A stretch of 64,000 nt of DNA from Amphiscolops sp. MND2022 (taxonomy: Eukaryota): assembly GCA_964187785.1 (NCBI GenBank), contig OZ076413.1, forward strand, positions 50,222,001 to 50,286,000, given 5' to 3'. The translations under genes were made by a program, and so were the position numbers. Each line of letters begins with the position of its first letter. The first letter of the stretch is position 1. This document shows positions 61,967 through 64,000 of this stretch, in pieces. The notes under the pieces are model-generated. The model was not told where the DNA came from. It did not search any database and was given only the letters and a program-made list of their open reading frames with translations.

Positions 61967-64000
61967 ATGTCGTCCGAAGAGCACAATGAAACTGTTCCTG
62001 CTACCGCTACTGGGACCCTGATAGAAGAAGTTCCACAACGGCACGAAGAAACAGCAGTCAGCCAGGCTACTGCGACACTAAAAGACGCTGAGTCCAAACA
62101 GCCTGAACCGCCAAAAGACAATTCAGCAAAGCCTGACCCAACTTCTAGTCCATCCACTAAAGAGAGTATCTCTGCGTACATCGAACGTCAGTTGCAGACT
62201 CTAGGTTGTCAGGGCACTGGACTGGACATCTCTTTCTTGCCTCCTACTACATCTGCCATCGTAAACAAGGCACCTGAGCCAACAGCTGAGAAGGTTTCTG
62301 AGTCGGAACCAATCCCCCAGGTCGCAACCGGGTCAGCAGACAAGGAGTCGCCCGAAGTTGAAACCGAACGAATGACTGACATCGTCAGTGAAGCAGGCTT
62401 TTCCGTCACCAAGACGGCTTATTTCCAGACAGACACCAGCGACATTGAGGAGTTGCTTGATAGTTCCGGAGCTGAGACTGCCAAAGAATCTCCTTTCCTG
62501 ATCGCGATAGAAGTTCAAAGCGCCACCGGGTCAGAAGCCCGCAAAAAGACTGAGCAATTGACCTCAGCAGGGTTGCCAGAAGTCTCCTCTCCAAAACTTT
62601 TCAGCCCCACAAGACCTCTATCCGCCTCTGCTCGCACTCTCATCAATCAACTTTTCAGCGCGACCAACCCAAGCATCCACCCAGTGGGTCATGCAACTGT
62701 AGCCTTTAATCAGGGACAGGTGCATTCCATCTTGCGCGTCGTGTCCACTGAGACCGTTACTTCTTCTCTTCATCAAATGAAGAATATACTGGAGGAAGCG
62801 ATCCGGGTGGGAATCCGTTCCCAAGGCAACCAACAAGGACTCGGCAAACAGCGGATCAAATGCTTCCGCAAACAGCCTGACAGCCCTGGACCGGATGGGC
62901 AAGATAGCGACGTTGGAATTGAGGGGTACACCAGCGAAGCCCTTAGTTCAGAAGATGAGTTTGTCATCAACTCACAAAGGACCGGAAAGGAGCTCAGCAT
63001 CTATCCTCCCCCAAGTCCTCATGGCCAAGGTTCGCCTTCCACGCCTGGACCATCATCTACCCACCAAGTCCCCAGTCCAGGGTTCTACTCCACTGACTAT
63101 GAGCAATTGGATACATTGACTGCAGACCAAGCCTCCGCCTCTAGTCGACTGCTTCCAGGACGCACCGGCAAAATAATGAAGGAGGACTATTTCAAAGGAA
63201 TCCAAGTGACCCGCACGTTTGTTACTGGCCCACTAGACCCAGAGCACAACAAACTCAAATTCTATTGCCAAATATGCAAGACGAATGTTTCGATCTTCTC
63301 AAAAGGCGCCCGGGAGATTGTTCGTCATTTCCAGTGTGAATCCCATTTCCGTAAGGACCAGCGCTGGAGATTCGAGCATTTGAAGAAGAAGGACAAGGTG
63401 ACTGGCCGAATTGTCCATGAAGTTAGGGGGAAAAAGGCCAACTACTGACTCCTCTGGAACTTGAGAGGGAGAAACCCTTCTTCATGCAGGCCCCCTTAGT
63501 TGAATTTGGTTGCAGTTACCCGTTTTACGAAGACCACATGGCAGGCCTGGGATCCATTGCCGGACAGGAGGACATCAGACTGTGCCTCCAAATTTCCATG
63601 GTTGCTCTCTTCGCTCCTCGCTGTGGGAATCTACATGTCCTTGAGTCGCTATGGTCGCAGATTGGCACTGTAACCAATCACCAGAATCTGTTCTCTCCAT
63701 ACGATTGGGGCTCCTCCACATTGACAGTAAGTATCGTCAATTTCTAGCCTCAAGGTCCCTGCGGACTAGCATAGTCTAGATATATTTTCATCCTTGTTGA
63801 TTTGTTTCAGACAATTTTCCATCACATCTTCCTCTGTGGTATCGCAGACATTGCGTACCAAGTCAGTGTCACAGGCCAGTACGCTTTGGAGTTTGAGATG
63901 CGAGGCACCTACAGCTTTTTCTCGATTCGTTTCTGGATGGGCGAATCCCTCAATGTCGTCCGTTTGCTGCGCTACCAGACTGCTTGAGAGCCCGCTGCAG
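61967..64000 (+). pseudogene. Antisense intron-containing zinc-finger gene, putative homologue of 39253-42727
   Basis: Long ORF to 63448 with CQIC-x16-H-x5-H. Frameshift at ~63435, phase-0 GT-AG intron 63727-63810, stop at 63985-63987. Confidence 0.75.

Larger units (their letters stand above)
52788..62241. repeat. Tandem duplication, ~4.7-kb units (52788-57505, 57506-62241)
   Basis: Colinear units diverged by a few percent. Junction TTTCTTG-CC-GGAAGT has CC microhomology. Confidence 0.95.
58938..64000 (-). mobile_element. 3' portion of a second LTR retrotransposon family (truncated LTR 58938-59919, PPT, accessory ORFs); continues beyond the window
   Basis: Same layout as the 3' half of 37316-51908: LTR with Gag-like start, GGGGGAA|TG PPT boundary, sense ORF, antisense zinc-finger gene. 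Confidence 0.75.

Noticed and set aside
52788..62241. Duplication as two haplotypes assembled in tandem
   Set aside because: The junction is a novel microhomology join and each unit carries its own lesions, which fits a real duplication better; read support is still needed.

Overview
AT-rich, repeat-saturated eukaryotic (probably invertebrate animal) DNA, made almost entirely of nested mobile elements. In order: (1) a LINE RT remnant and a foldback MITE. (2) A ~17.9-kb minus-strand Ty3/Gypsy-type element (4235-22142) with degraded gag-PR-RT-RH-IN, an env-like ORF carrying the cysteine/motif pattern of chuvirus/herpes-gB-like class III fusogens, extra ORFs and non-canonical LTR ends. (3) A complete but decayed BEL/Pao element (22401-30936, TSD GATTT) with an extra SGNH-like ORF before gag. 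(4) A probable solo LTR and small MITEs. (5) A young 14.6-kb Gypsy element (37316-51908, TSD CTTGC) inside two nested CMC/EnSpm-like MITEs. Its gag starts inside the LTR and reads through the PBS, it has a -1 frameshift site, and it carries an ANTISENSE multi-intron zinc-finger gene. (6) A ~4.7-kb tandem duplication holding saposin-like host exons plus the 3' end of a second LTR family with the same architecture: Gag-like N-terminus in the LTR and an antisense zinc-finger gene with an equivalently placed phase-0 intron. This shared architecture and the env-bearing giant element are the best candidates for undescribed systems. All homology calls come from motif recognition by eye; no database searches were run.
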